From: Mytilus edulis | Taxonomy: Eukaryota | Assembly (NCBI RefSeq): GCF_963676685.1 | Contig: NC_092346.1 | Span: 28,582,001-28,646,000 of the forward strand | DNA length: 64,000 nt | Direction: 5' to 3' | Part shown: positions 63,985-64,000 of the stretch, piece after piece | How positions within the stretch are numbered: position 1 is the stretch's first letter | How the letters are laid out: the number at the start of each line of letters is the position of its first letter | Translations under genes and position numbers: made by a program | Notes under the pieces: generated by a model | Told to the model about the DNA's origin: nothing | The model's database searches: none | The model's input: only the letters and a program-made list of their open reading frames with translations

Positions 63985-64000
63985 AACCATAAAACAAAAA

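Overview
AT-rich eukaryotic (animal) genomic DNA with spliceosomal GT-AG introns. The repeat content suggests a bivalve mollusc such as Mytilus (inference). There is no prokaryotic content, rRNA, tRNA or CRISPR array. (1) 1.4-7.1 kb: the last six coding exons of an otubain deubiquitinase (OTUB1-like) with intact Cys/His/Asp catalytic motifs; its introns are packed with MITEs and carry an antisense minimal hammerhead ribozyme. (2) 9.5-17.2 kb: a T/G-skewed ~30-bp satellite with a ~1.1-kb higher-order repeat. (3) 18.2-58.0 kb: three head-to-tail copies of a 12-15-kb unit. Each copy holds an intact, spliceable six-exon orphan gene (about 666, 690 and 617 aa: short N-terminal region, Lys-rich coiled coil, 13/14/11 copies of an acidic 25-aa repeat, amphipathic and polybasic Cys-ending tail) followed by a 59-bp tandem array carrying GTCATGTGAC (M-box/CLEAR-like) sites. 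A fourth, more diverged copy begins at about 61.8 kb. Comparing the copies gives filled and empty sites for several rare transposon types (Spy, PIF/Harbinger, a TSD-less hairpin-ended Crypton/Helitron2-like element, a Penelope/Naiad-like RT fragment). It also shows a minisatellite at birth, a five-fold promoter amplification and mosaic gene conversion. An IS3EU-like element lies outside the units. The best candidate for an undescribed system is this copy-number- and repeat-length-variable orphan gene family with its co-duplicated regulatory arrays.
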